NCBI GenBank assembly: GCA_010093815.1
Contig: ML996567.1
Direction: 5' to 3' (one strand)
DNA length: 64,000 nt
From: Pseudovirgaria hyperparasitica
Lineage: Eukaryota
Each line of letters starts with the position of its first letter. Position 1 is the first letter of the stretch. The notes below the pieces were generated by a model, which made no database searches, had not been told where the DNA came from, and worked only from the letters and a program-made list of their open reading frames with translations. A program made the position numbers and the translations under genes. Shown piece by piece: positions 1-12,764 of the stretch.

Positions 1-615
1 TTCGACATGTTACAGTACTACCGCGAGTCACACAACAAGGAGCTAAGGAATAGCGCATGGACCTTTATTAATGACAGCGCTCACACACAGCTCTGCATTC
101 TGTTCCCAGCGCGCACGATAGCTGCAGCTGCTGTATATTGTGGAGCCAAGTATTGCCGCGTCGACTTGCCCGACGAAGGTGGCAAGCCGTGGTGGGAAGT
201 GCAGCATGTGTCGTTGCGCGAAATTCGCAGAGCTTGCAACTATATGGCAGGGATATACGAGAAGACGCCCGTGAAGGAAGGGGTCGAGAATATATACGTA
301 CGTCTTCGCTCGCCGGTGGATGGCCCACCGGAGGACGCAAAGACTCGACTAAAGACGTCGCAGACACCCGAGAGTGTCGACATGGAGCGAGAAGGCAGCA
401 GCCAGAGCGTGAAACGTGCGCGAGAAGACGACGAAGTGCAAAATGGAGATGCCGAACACAGCAAACCGGGAGACAAAGAAGCCGCAAACGGAAAGGAGGA
501 GGCCGGACATCAATCTAAGAAGGTCAAGACGGGAACGAACGGGGTGGGGAGCGGCGCATCAGCCACCAAAGAGGACGAGGAGGTGGCCTCTGAGGAAGGT
601 GAGGTCGAAGAGTAA
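1..615 (+). CDS. C-terminal part of a transcription-associated cyclin (cyclin K/T, Ctk2/Pch1-like); 5' end outside window
   Basis: Frame open from base 1; second cyclin fold pattern LRNSAWTFINDS...LCILFPARTIAAAAVY...KPWWE followed by an acidic low-complexity tail ending SEEGEVEE. Confidence 0.75.
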   Translation, partial: FDMLQYYRESHNKELRNSAWTFINDSAHTQLCILFPARTIAAAAVYCGAKYCRVDLPDEGGKPWWEVQHVSLREIRRACNYMAGIYEKTPVKEGVENIYVRLRSPVDGPPEDAKTRLKTSQTPESVDMEREGSSQSVKRAREDDEVQNGDAEHSKPGDKEAANGKEEAGHQSKKVKTGTNGVGSGASATKEDEEVASEEGEVEE

Positions 616-1323
616 ATCCGGAGCACAGCAATATTTTCGAATCTTCTATCGCTGGAGTCCACTCATGCAGGCATAACGGCGTTTCAGCGTCGTCGACATC
701 TTTTTAAGATACCAAGGGACCAGGCGTTTTGAACAAACTCGTTGGGTACGCGAGTTACATTTGCAGGCGTTCCTCTGTTCATGTCCTTGGAGCTATTATG
801 CTCTGGACGAGACGCCCCTTGCTATACATTCCACGACAAAGGCATGTAGTATAGCAGTCAGGTCCAATAGAAAGCACCTTGACATGACTTGGCATGGCAT
901 GGTTTGACTTGACTTGTGCTCGTTGTGATACCCCGAATACCCTTTTCCGTAGCAATGCGTCTCTTTTCACATGATGGTCGGCCCGCAGAACGTGTGTCCC
1001 GGAGCCCGTCCGAGTCAGGAGACGCCTTATCGGATCTATCGGTAGGCATGCCGAGATCGGATACCTTGATGTCCTGCCGTTGGGCTTTTTCCCCATCTCC
1101 ACTTCTCCGTCCTCTCACCCTCGCCGTCGCCAACCTACTACGCTGGATACTTGCCCCTGTCCTTTGAGAACTGATATTGTCGTCGGCTGGACTATATCAA
1201 ATCTCCTGCATGCCTTTCTCGAGACTCTTATGAGACATCACTTCATAAGCTGTTCCGGCGCATAGCAGCCAATTACCCAAGCACTCTTCGTCTCGTGAAT
1301 CGCCCGCCCGTCCAACGCCCATC

Positions 1324-2289
1324 ATGGATCAGCAACAGTCTCCTTTACTCCGTCTACCGACCGAGATCAAACTTATCATTTGGGACATGCTCTTCCTCCC
1401 GGGCCATGGGATCAGTGCAGCTAAAGCAGTTTCCCGCGCGACAACACAATCGCATGAACAAGACGCAAACCCCGAAGAGCCCTGGACAATCCATATTCAT
1501 AATCTTCCCCCTTCAGAATCCGGTCCTCCTCCACTCCACCGTTCAACGTACCTCATCCGCAATCACACCACGCTCTTCACTTCCCGCACCACGCGCACAA
1601 CATACGCCCTCGCCCTGCCGCCCAACACACCTCCCTCCACCCCCCTCACCACCATCTACCCTTTCCGTGCCGCCATCTCCCTCCTCGCAACCTGCAAGTA
1701 CCTCCACGCCACCCTCACCCCGCTGCTCTACTCCTCATACTCCTTCTCCTTCGCCACAAACATCGAGGCCATCCCGCCATTCCTTGCCGACCGCGGACCC
1801 CTCGCCCGCGCTCATATCCGCCATCTCGCACTCACGAAGCGCGCCGCTCCGTATACATTGTCTGCCGACGCAGCTGCTTGGACCACGGCTATGGCGTTTC
1901 TCGCTGCTCCATCGTCGGGGCTGCGGCTTGACAGTATCGATCTTGGCGTCCAGGCACTGATTCCTGGTGGCAGCGGTGCTGCTACTAGTGCGAATGCTGA
2001 TGATGATGATACCGCCTGGGCCGCTCTACCGGTCGTCGACAGCGGCTGGTTCCGCGCCGCGAGCTGCATGGGTGTCTTTGGTGGTGGCGCCGGTGGTGGT
2101 GAGGGTCTGGGTTGGGCGGAGCAGATGCATCGTGTTCGGGGGCTCAGTTGTGTTACTGTGCGCGGTGTGCGCGAGAGGTGTGCGATGCCGACGAGTGCGC
2201 AGATGGTGTTTTGGGTGGGCTTTTCGAGGAGTATTGAGCTTGGGTTTCGGAGGTGGTGTTGGGAGGAGATGGTGCGTGGTGGTGCGTGA
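1324..2289 (+). CDS. Fungal hypothetical protein with N-terminal F-box-like motif (DUF7730-type)
   Basis: 321 aa ORF; QQQSPLLRLPTEIKLIIW N-terminus and SLLATCKYLHATLTPLLYSSYSFSF motif are typical of this expanded fungal family. Confidence 0.65.
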   Translation: MDQQQSPLLRLPTEIKLIIWDMLFLPGHGISAAKAVSRATTQSHEQDANPEEPWTIHIHNLPPSESGPPPLHRSTYLIRNHTTLFTSRTTRTTYALALPPNTPPSTPLTTIYPFRAAISLLATCKYLHATLTPLLYSSYSFSFATNIEAIPPFLADRGPLARAHIRHLALTKRAAPYTLSADAAAWTTAMAFLAAPSSGLRLDSIDLGVQALIPGGSGAATSANADDDDTAWAALPVVDSGWFRAASCMGVFGGGAGGGEGLGWAEQMHRVRGLSCVTVRGVRERCAMPTSAQMVFWVGFSRSIELGFRRWCWEEMVRGGA

Positions 2290-2950
2290 TGGGATTGATG
2301 GGGTTGATGGGAGGAGTGAGTGTGGGAGGAAGGGGAAGAAGGCATTGTGATGCGATGAGGAGAGCGCGCTGCTCGTTCAAGGAATACAGATGTCTGAGAC
2401 CTGATGTTGGACGTCAGTTCACAGGATCACATACATTACGTGTCTCATCACCCCTTGACGCAAACTATACTCTCTAAAATATTCACTAGAGTTTCGTGGC
2501 ATTCAACGTATATAGACATAGATAGATGGATAGACCATTAGACCACAGTATATTATCTCTACACTCAGACCAGCGTATTCAGATGATTATCAAGTCTCTC
2601 GACTTAGTCTAGGCAAATCAGGGGCTAGTAAGATCTCGGTCCCGTCCCTTTCTTGTTTACGCCAAGTCTCGACCTCAACGTGCGCAGCGGAACCATGCGG
2701 ACTGTCGTCATACGGATGCGGCGGTAAAGGGTGGTCTTCTCGAGCCTAGATCCTCAGGGCAGTATACGTGTCGGTTTGACATAGGCATGGCGAAGAGGAT
2801 TGATGGTAAAAGAGTGATGCTGCAATTTTCGAAAATGGTCTATCAAGTATGCAAAATACATGCAGGGGGGCTCTTCTCTATAATATTACATTCCTCCTAC
2901 ATGAGCCCCCAACAACACATCCCATCGTGAACATGACACAAACACCACAC

Positions 2951-3763
2951 TCAAAACACCGCATCCGCCTGCTGGTCCGCAAGATATCTCGCCTCGGGAT
3001 CCTCGCCATCAACATCATCAAAAAAAGCCCCTTCCTCCTCCTCCACGCCCATCACCTCACCCACATTCTTCGCACACAGGTCCGCAAACAAATGCACCGG
3101 CTTGCCCGTACAGCACTTCGTCTCCCAGTCATCGTTCGGGTAGATATACGCATCCTTGCAGTCATCCTCAAGCGGGAAACACTTCAAGACGCGACACTCG
3201 CTCTCACTCCTCAGCAAAACCCCGTCTTCAAAAAACGGACAGTCAGTCCCATGCTCGCCCGGATACCGCGTGTCGTAGCAGTCGATATCACTGATGTCAT
3301 ACCACAAGTTCTGCGGCTCGGGCTCCCACGTGTACTCGAGCTGCGTGATGAGCGGCTGCGGCTCGCCGACGACCCAGGGGTCGCGCGAGAGCTTGATGGA
3401 AATGCCCAGGTTGGGCCAGTAGAACATGGAGGTCCAGACTTCGCCGGGTGTGATGAGGATGTCCTCGCCGTCGGGGCCGAAGGGGTGGATGCTGTTTTGC
3501 TCGGTGCCGGCGATGACTTCGCGCAGGTAGACGGGGAAGTCGCAGTTGGATTTGATGACGATGTCGGGCACGCCGTCGGCTGGGGTGGGAGGGGTTATAG
3601 GTGCGGGGATGGCGTCTGGGGGGAGGGTTTGGCAGTATGGGTCTTCGCTGGAGGCGGTTTGGTTGGCGCCGCAATGGGGGAGTGCGTTGGTGGTTGTGAG
3701 GAGTGTGGTGGTGGTGGTGGCTAGGATGAGAATGCTCCTAAGGCAAGGCATGGTGGAGGGCAT
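2951..3763 (-). CDS. Secreted Bys1/thaumatin-like protein
   Basis: Signal-peptide-like start (ATG 3763 or 3751); motifs IVIKSNCDFPVYL, GISIKLS, ITQLEYT, LWYDISDIDC, C..AYIYPNDD; Cys-rich; acidic tail. Confidence 0.65.
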   Translation of the reverse strand: MPSTMPCLRSILILATTTTTLLTTTNALPHCGANQTASSEDPYCQTLPPDAIPAPITPPTPADGVPDIVIKSNCDFPVYLREVIAGTEQNSIHPFGPDGEDILITPGEVWTSMFYWPNLGISIKLSRDPWVVGEPQPLITQLEYTWEPEPQNLWYDISDIDCYDTRYPGEHGTDCPFFEDGVLLRSESECRVLKCFPLEDDCKDAYIYPNDDWETKCCTGKPVHLFADLCAKNVGEVMGVEEEEGAFFDDVDGEDPEARYLADQQADAVF

Positions 3764-4564
3764 TTTGAGGGGTGAGACAGAGTAGACAGAGAACAAATGA
3801 ACGAATGGACAGTGCAGGCGCTGTGATGTAGAGGTGCGCACAGGGGATTCTCTCAAGAAAGGCAAATGAGTGACGGTGAGCAATGCTGTTATAAGGTCTT
3901 TCTGGTCTGTAGAGGCTAAGCCGTTCTTGTGTGAAAGCGATTTGGTATGTAGAAGCAGCCAATAGACATCTCATGCTGTGACGAGTATTAGGATCATAAA
4001 GCTCATAGGCTTGTAATGTTGCATCAGAAACCCATTTACCGGGACCTATATAGACTCGTCGTGAGCTTGGGATAGCATAAGCCGCCAATAGGGTCTGAAT
4101 GGACGTTCGAAAAGAGGGAAATGCCTCGTTCAATCTCGATGAGATCCACGACAGGGACCGTTCTCGTTCATTCTGCTGTTTGGGACTGGAATGTGTATGC
4201 TTCTGAGAAGCGGGCTGTCTACTTCGAATGGTCCCCAGACTCGATAGTAAAGACAGTCTGCACGAAATGGGGGGTTACAGTTCTTACTATACTCAAAAAG
4301 GCACTTACACGTGCAAGTAGTATGGATGACAGCTAGGAGTGAAGATGTTCAACAGCCTCTCCTGGACTATGGCCACAGCAATCGATTCATTTATCTCACA
4401 TAGACGTCATGTGATGGACTTCAGATTCCAACTCAGATGAGGAACAATGTATTGTTTCGTAAAGATCGTTTGTTATACATAATTACTTCTATCAATTGAC
4501 CCACCCAAACCCCAAAGCTCATGCCAATTCATTTTGGCAGCAGCCCATAGACACTGAAAAGCTT

Positions 4565-5597
4565 TTACACGAATCTTGCGTTTCTGGAAGCCGACTGAAT
4601 AGTACGGCGCCTGTCGGACGGATCAAGTGCTGCGGAACAGTCCATCAGTTCCGACTTGTCATTTCCAAGCAGCGACATCTTCTCCATGCTAGCAAAAGTC
4701 AGTCAGCATCAGTCAATCACATCGCATCCAAGAATCGGTAACCTACGCCGAGAAGAAGGCCCGGTTCCAGCCCGCCGAGCTCCTTGAGAAGCGTTTCCAA
4801 TCCCCCGAGCACTGCGAGTTCTCCGCAATGTTCTTATCGCTCGGAAAGCTGAAGGGAGCAGAGCCGTCGAGCGTTTCCGAATAGAACTTGACATCCCAGA
4901 TCCCGTCTGTAGAGTCTTGAGCTGCGCCTGCTCTGGCGGTATCGACAGTCTTTTGCTGAGACGTGCTGTGCGCCCCCACAAGTGCCACCAAGTCCGTTGT
5001 CGTGAAGCCTTTCGCCGCGAATTGATTGATCAGTGTGTCAGCGTCGGCCAAATGTGATGGTATCTCGCCCTCGGGTGCTGGTGTGGTTGAGTCCTTGCGA
5101 CCGATGTATATGGGCATGCTGACCCCTCCAGGACATGCCTTTATGCCGGCCGCTGTTGCATTGTCAGCTCAAGTAGATACAAACGAATGAATATACTGAC
5201 CGCCGGCGAATTGTATCAGATCGGCAACACCGACATCCTTCTCCTTTGCTAGATCGCCGATTTTCTGGCATGTGTCTTGCAGGCCAGCATTCTCTTTTCT
5301 ACTGCAATCATTGGCAAGGATCATGGAGCCATCGCATCCTCCACTGAAACAGTCATGGAAGGCCAAGCGGATTGCTCCTCGAGCATCGCTGTTACACTGT
5401 CCATTGGTTACGTATTCACTAGCAAGCTGCTTTCCAATGTCAAACCACACAGAAGGACAGTCCTGGCGCCTCCATAGCCTGTCGTATATCACTCTCTTCA
5501 CAGTAGAGAATGCGGTCTTATCTCTCGGACTCTCATGTGGACTAGCATCAACTGTGGCTATCAAAGCCGCAGCAAAAAAGTAAGTCTGGAAAAGCAT
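4565..5597 (-). CDS. Secreted fungal class II heme peroxidase (generic type), 3 exons
   Basis: Signal peptide; distal motif AIRLAFHDC, GGCDGS, proximal LVALVGAHS, FPSD; exons 5597-5201, 5152-4747, 4688-4565 join in frame across GT-AG introns. Confidence 0.85.
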
Positions 5598-6613
5598 TGT
5601 CTTCTGTTCGTGGTTCAGTTTTGGCGAAGAAGTCAGAATGGAAAACAGAAACCGGGGTGGATTGAAAAAGAATTTAGAGCATAGCTCTCTTATAAACAAC
5701 TTGCCACCCGCTGTATCCGCATTGTATTTGATATTCTCCGATGCACTGCGTGCGAGACAGAGTTGGACTTTGCTGTGTTGGGTACAAGGGAACAGAGCCT
5801 GCCGACCGGACCAGTGATCAAGAATCTATTGTCAATTCACTCAAAGGTTCCTGATGGTATGCCAAGGGTATTATGGAGACTGGGTGGTCTGTGAATATAG
5901 AACTTACAAAGTAGAAAACACGATCAGCCTGATCGGAGGCATCATTAGAATGGTAGCGAACCTGTATAGTATATTCTCGATGACGAATAAAGTATTCTCG
6001 CTCCTCTAGGACATCGGAGTTAGACTTGCCGTGGGTAGTGACGGAAATTGTTCGTTGCGTCTGCATGCGTTACGGAGATTTGATAACATCTATGCCAAGT
6101 CGTCAAAACGTTGGGGCAGTGTCGGAAAATACCTACTTGAGCAGGTTGTGGGGAATGCGCTTTGAGGCCAACAATACTTCTGTACAGATCTGTTTCCGGA
6201 TCTATTGATATCAGTCATGACTCTTTTGAGTGCAGATTTTGATGCATGACACACGTCCAGGGATCGTCAATGGGTATCATTGTGCGAACATACTGGGCCG
6301 ATCTGTTAAGCATGGACTATTCAACCCTCTGTAATGAACCACGGTCGTCCAAAGATCGAAAGAGAACAGGAAAATATGTATTGTGGCTTATATACGGGGA
6401 TCGCCAATGGTATAACGTAGTTAATGCTGCAAACATGACGGTTGGCATCCAGCGCCAGAAAGAACCGCCAAGAACAATCGAGTGTGCATAAGATCGTCCA
6501 TCGCTATTAAAACACTCAGACAGCATCACTAGATATTCCATCGAACTCGTAGTGTGGACGGGGTATCATGAGAAATTAGGTTGCGAGTCCAGAATTATTA
6601 GGGAGCACTGAGC

Positions 6614-9600
6614 TCAGCTGGGTCTTTTGAAATGTTCAACGCTCAAAGTGGGTGTTTCCACCCAACTATTCGTGGGGACTCCTTCATGCTTTCTCCTTTC
6701 AAAGAAGTTCTGGCACTCGTTCACGACCATGGACCATTCTGCCAATGCACGCCCAGCATATTTAGAAGACGAGGCTGCAGCGCCTTCAGGCTTCCTGCTC
6801 CGGACTGTCGGGAGCATCCTGCCATGATCAATAAGATACTGCTGAGCGGGTCCGGGGAGGCGAGGCGCATAGAGACGCATATTGTTGACGATCTGTAGTC
6901 GCTTATCTTGCCACTCGAGCGAAAATCTGAAGCAATAACTTCGATGTGTAGGAACAGAGGTCGTCGTTGTCGTTGTAGTAGTAGCCGACTGACTGAAAGT
7001 AGGTGTTGTTGACCCAGAGGTCTTGGCAGAAGTCCTTTCTTTTGAGCTAGGACTTCTGGACTTCGATCTAGGTGAAGACGGCATACCTATCAAACTCTTG
7101 AACAGATTCCATGGTTTCTTGGTTTTCTCTTCAGTGCTTTGGCCATAGTCGGATGAGGCGTCTGACATTGAAGATGATGGACGCGTCTCAATGTCCTGTA
7201 GTACAGAGTCGCTCTTCTGTATGCTGGAGTGAGGACTGACTATTCCGTCAAATGAAAGAAAACTGCCGGCAGGGCTGTGAACAGGCGCATCCGTTCGGAT
7301 GATGAGGAGACGGCGTCCTGGAGCGGGAGGACAAGGTATGGTAGATGGTGGTACGCTTTCCGCGCGCTGGGCTCTTTCTCTTATGAACAGGAAATGAGAC
7401 CAAATGCCGCGAAGCTGATCCAAGAGTCTGTCGAAGATGATTCTAGTGAGAACGTTAGCATAGCCATGATTGAACGCAGTTTTTTAACATACATGTCTCC
7501 GTCGCTTGGATCTCCATCGAATCTTGCAACACGCCAGCAGAGTAAGCGCATGTAGTATGATCGAACCATAGGACACCAGTGATTGAATCTGCTTTCAAAA
7601 AAGTCGGGATCGAGCAAAAAGTCCAGGCATGTATCCGTCTTGCGGTCTGGATCTGCGATTATGGAATTCCACGTGGAATACAGGAAAGAGTATAACCTGA
7701 TCTCAGTGGCAGTGTTGTGACTCTCAGCCATCTTTCTGCATACGGAGAGCCAGAATGGCCAATCCAAGATGAGAGTCTTGGAACTTTGCTCGTATCGAAC
7801 GATGATACCGACTACCTCTTCTAAAAAGTCACATAGCATGTATGATGCATTATGGTCATAAAGTGAAACTTTGCGCGCACTAGCCTTCAACAGTTGACAA
7901 AACAGTTCGGCAAACATTGGTCGTACGTTGGTGACGTTTGCAGTTCTTTCCGAGAGTATATCTCTCAGAAGCATAATGAGCCGATTCTCAGCCATCAGAC
8001 GAGTTGCATTCGTCGGTCCGATCGGAACAGGCGCTGCGGCAGCGTCTGGATCGCCTTGTAGCACATCGTCGAAGGTAATTGTGGATGGTCCATTGACCGT
8101 GTCGTCTCCAACCGAAGCGTTAGCATGGCGATGAATGGTGGCATCCAGGTTTGCCAGTATCTGCGTATGCACCATTAGAACACCAGGGGCGCAAAGCTTC
8201 TCCAGATTGGTCGTATCGGGCGGCAGAAATTCGTTTGTGAGCACATGGAAGTACTTGACGAAAACGTAAAAAAGATCGCTCTCTGTTCCATACCACCGTT
8301 TCGTCCATGGCCCGTGCCAATCCAAGTGTGCTGCGCCCAGCGGAAGCTGGCACGGCTTCCTCAGCTCTTGACATATCTGTCTGAATGACGAGACCTTCAG
8401 GGAATGGAGATTAGGGGGGAAAAATGCCAAAATGGTCTTAGCTGTGCGTTCAAACTTTTCCAACCTTGGTGCCCCGTTCTCTTCCATGACACGTCGCATG
8501 ACGTCCGGCGAGGGGTTCCATAGGCGAATGAGCATGTCAGCAATGCCTGGGCAGAAGAAAAATGCATACGCGCAGGTCTTTCCACAAAATGAGACCAAGC
8601 TGGCAGGAGCGTTTCGGAGGGACATTTTCGCAATGACAAAAGACATCTGTGACATGATGTTCTGCGTAAATATATTCCGGACGTTGTGCTGCACGGATTC
8701 GATTAAGAAATCGGAGTTCGTTGAGGAAAGAGATGTGGTCGATTTGGTTTGTGGCGCTGGCGTCATGAGACCGCTGTTTGTAATTGGGCTGAAGGGAGAT
8801 GGGCGTAGTCTCCACTCAGGTCTCTCCATTATTCCACTGACTGCTTCCAGTATGGCCGGTCGGTCTGTACCGGAAATTGATTGGTTATTTCGCCCAGCAA
8901 GCATCTCCAATAGACCAGTCCACCACTTATTTAGTATGTTCGCACGCCTGTCTAAATCTTCGGCTCGAAGTTTGTGATTTGATGCATGTTCAGCATATGT
9001 ACGAAGAAACGGAGTCAATGTGGAGCGGACGACATTGGTTTTCAGTGCAATAGATTTCGATTGGAACCTGTACCTGTAAGAGAAAGTTCTGAGGGCCACA
9101 CTTCGAACTTACTTTTGGTAGTCGCCATCTAGTGTTCTGAACACTGTCCAGAGTTCATCCTTTTTTCTCTGCGGCTCCCCTTTGATGTTGGAAGCCCTCA
9201 GGCGGTCAGAAGAACGTTGTCTAGGTAGAGATGGAACGCGGTCTGTGGGTGAAAGATGCTCCTTGATCGGCGAGTTAGACGTTGTCGGTAATCGGTCAGT
9301 GGAGAATGATATTGGTAGTTGAGGAACAGCAGGTACATCTCGGGCTTGGCTCTGTCTTTCTGGCGATATGTTATCCGTCGTACGGCTGCGTATCAGCATG
9401 CTTGATGGCCGTGGTATCGATTTCAGCAAAGTTCGTTTGTTTGGTACATGTTCTCCGATTACTCCCTCCTCATTATTCGCCAGACCCTTGTCCCTTTCAC
9501 GAGATCGACCTATCATGGACATTCGGCGGCCAGCGCCAAGGGTCCAGCTGCGACTCCTCTGATCTTCCGAGAGCTTTCTCGGCGACGTCTCATCTTCAGT

Positions 9601-10206
9601 ATGAGTACCCGAAGCCTGATCGCCGTTGGCGATGTCTCTCTCACTGTTATTTGTTGGCGCGCTGGAGCCAGTCTCCCTCGTCGTGTCAGCCGGGGCTTGA
9701 GGCATCCATGACTTGCGTCGCAATCTTGATCCTGGGCGTGATGCTGATCTTGAGCTTCCGCTATCAGTGCTGGGTCGAGATTGGCGCTGTTCCGGTTCGT
9801 CTTGAGATTTATTCCAGCCTAACAACCTAGAGACAGTGTTTTTCGTACTCTTTCGAGGCGACGACGACAGACTAGGTTTTATTTCGAGAGGCAGCGAAGG
9901 TTCGGAATCCGGACCGGTAGAGGATGACGAAGAATCCCCGTCTCCGGTGGTGGTGCTGGAAGCAGCAAGGTCATCTTCTGTGATAGTGCCCTTCAATTCC
10001 AGAATCTTGTTGTCTTCAAACAATGACTCTTTCGCCTTTGCGAAATACGTGTAACTTGCAGTTCGTGGTAGGATATCAGTATCGGATTTGCGTGGAGATG
10101 TAGACGCCACTGCATCCTTATCCGAGTGCTCGCTCTCTTCTCGGATAGTGCGGTTCGATGTAAAGGCGCTGGGAGAGACTCTCGTAGTCGACATCTGCGA
10201 TGGCAT
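6614..10206 (-). CDS. DUF1765 (UPF0592) fungal protein, 3 exons
   Basis: Exons 10206-9113, 9067-7493, 7442-6614 splice in frame (GTAAG..CAG; GTATG..GCTAAC..TAG); family motifs KKDELWTVFRTLDGDYQKF, FNHWCPMVRSYYMRLLCWR, KYAGRALAEWSMVVNEC. Confidence 0.8.
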
Positions 10207-12275
10207 AGCGAGCGTAAAGTATATCGATTGCCCTGCGAGTCGAGTGCATGCAAGAGGTATAAGCTACCTCGTGTTCTCCATGCCTTGTCAGGCGGCTCTC
10301 TTCAGCGATAATGGAACACTTCAGACAGGATACATGCGGTGCAATGAGGGACGACCCTCAGATGTATGGAGCAGGAAGGACAGGCCACGAAGCGTCGCAG
10401 AGGCTCGTGGCAAAGCCGGTTGAACGGCCGTGGCCGTGGCTATGGAGGTATGGAGGGCCGAAGGCGGCTAGCGAAAGTATATGTACAAAGAGATGACGAT
10501 TCGGCAATCACACGAAGGTATGGGCAGATTGAACAGAAAGTTGAGTAGATTCTAAACGACAGTGAGGGGGAAAGCAAGTGAATGGGTATAGAAAAGAGAC
10601 ACGGCGCGAGGTTTGAACAGCAGCAGGAGGCTGACGTCCCCACCTTTTGATGAGAGTTTCAACGCCAATGCCAATATCCCATCCATGGCACGTTAGATCC
10701 AAGACCAGGGTAGTACCCACGCGGGCGCACATACATCCCTCTAGACTCCATAGCAACGTTTACTGATACACAGCAGCATGCACTGCCTGGGTATTAGTGC
10801 CTATTCTTCGGGCATGGCGGCTCCGGTACCGTCATCGCCGTCACTCCGGTCATATCCCATCCGATTCTAGTTAATAGATCGATAGCTAAAAATGGCTTGC
10901 CAATTCAACATGTCTAGCTGGCGATCTCCTATAGTAATTACTCATTCAACCATTTTCACAAAACTCATGCTAACTAGCTAATACCCTAAGTACGGAGTAG
11001 TGAAAGCTCAGAACACCAAGCCCTCCCAGGACTTGTCTGCCTCCTGTCCGACATATCGTCTACGTTCTCTAGCGCCTTACTGGGTAGCACCCATACCAAC
11101 GTCTCTTACCGTTCGTGATGTTCCAATTGTCTTCTGCGTGCTGCAGGGCCTAATTATAAAGCTTTTCTGTTGCCGCTCGGCCCTCCCGGAACAAGTCTGG
11201 TGAACTTTAACTTCTAATTACACTCTGACTGAGAGATGGGCTAGAATCGTCATGGTCTGGACCACAAACGAAGTCTGCATCTGAGTCGGTCTGAACGGTG
11301 AGGAAATGATACACCGAGTCGTGCCTGTGCCGGTCCTGCTGCTGTTCTTTGGCTATGCTTCTAGCCTCCATACGAAATGGTTTTCTTCTATCACAAACCT
11401 AGTATGTGGGAATGATTCGAATGCAAGACATATGCCTGAAACTACAAGCTTGTCTGCACGTTCTCGTTAGATGTCACCATTATATATGAGGGAACCCCTT
11501 TTGGATCCCCGCAGGAAGCCCCGGTATTACAATCTCACCCTTATCGCACGTGTAGAGTAACGCCATTCACGCCTCAGCACTTATATTCATGTCACGATAC
11601 AATCCATCACTAAACGCGACGTGTCGTGGTGGCACCTTTATTAGTAGCCGAGCGATCATGAACAGTCCCAAAACTGATTATCAGAAGAATGAACAAACTA
11701 CAAAAGAACAATGAGGCCATTGGTTCAACCTAAGTCCTGTCTTCGAGGCTAGACGATTTCAAACACTTCCAGATAACATGCATTTGTGCGCACCATGTAC
11801 GCAGCCGGATCATGCTAATGCTGTGTATCTAATGGCTCCACGTTTCGGAAACCTCGCAAATGCCGTTAAGCTTCCGACCGGGCCAAGGTTCATGCGCACA
11901 ATACTTAGTCCATACTAGATAGCTTCTGTAGACCTGTATTTGACCAAGGAAAGTGGTAACTTTCTCCCTGTCTGAAGGTGCTTGTGCGAATGACAGCACT
12001 GATGCTCAAGCAGACCGCGTCCATCACTCTACTCGTCATGCCTATTGACGAACACGTAAGGAAGTTAGATGAATATGTTTCATAGATGCTATTTTATCTC
12101 TCGGATTTTGATTCAAATGCTAGACGAAGATACGAATGGATGACAGCCTGTTGGTGAGTGGCAGGTCGCTACTGTGAGTGACGGTATCTGGGTTTGAGCG
12201 CAAACGCTTTGATGCTTCTATTGACACAACATATAATAGGATTTTACAGGGCCGATATGATGTGACGGTTGTCAT

Positions 12276-12764
12276 CTAATGATGAGCTTCCTCCTCTTCC
12301 GGCTCCTCTTCGAACCAATCCTCCTCAACTGGTGCGGCTCCACCCTCTGTTGAAGCAGCACCTTCCACTTCGACTTGCTGTGTCTCGTAGTCCTTTAGCT
12401 CATTTGCAATATTGCTCTCTTCTGGTGATGCAGGTGCCTTCGGGATGGAAAATTTCTGAACGTGACCCTCGGCATCGGAAGCTTTGACTTGGGGGATCTT
12501 GTAGCTCTTCAATTCGCGAAGGTACAAGTCTTGAACGAGATCGGCTATGACCAGATTATTGTTAGATGGCGAAATATAGAACGGTATGGTTTAACGATGT
12601 CGTACCTTGTCGAACAGCTGTGGGAGTGATGAAAGTGCGTCGGAGGGCGGGTTGCTGTCGCGCAACACGGAGGAGCGATGTCCTCTACATTCGTCATTAG
12701 CTACGGCGGAGCCATCAAAGATTTCCAATCTTACCGAAGCCCGGAGAGGAATTGACGACAACAT
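12276..12764 (-). CDS. ATP14: Mitochondrial ATP synthase subunit h, 3 exons
   Basis: Exons 12764-12735, 12684-12606, 12544-12276; Arg-rich presequence then ADLVQDLYLRELKSYK...DAEGHVQKF...EEDWFEEE. Confidence 0.9.

Noticed and set aside
2849..3724. 291 aa + strand ORF
   Set aside because: Antisense shadow of the Bys1-like gene, open because of biased codon use; no motifs
10207..12275. 2 kb ORF-poor interval as a possible ncRNA locus
   Set aside because: No tRNA, snRNA or snoRNA motif recognised; consistent with promoter plus 3' UTR
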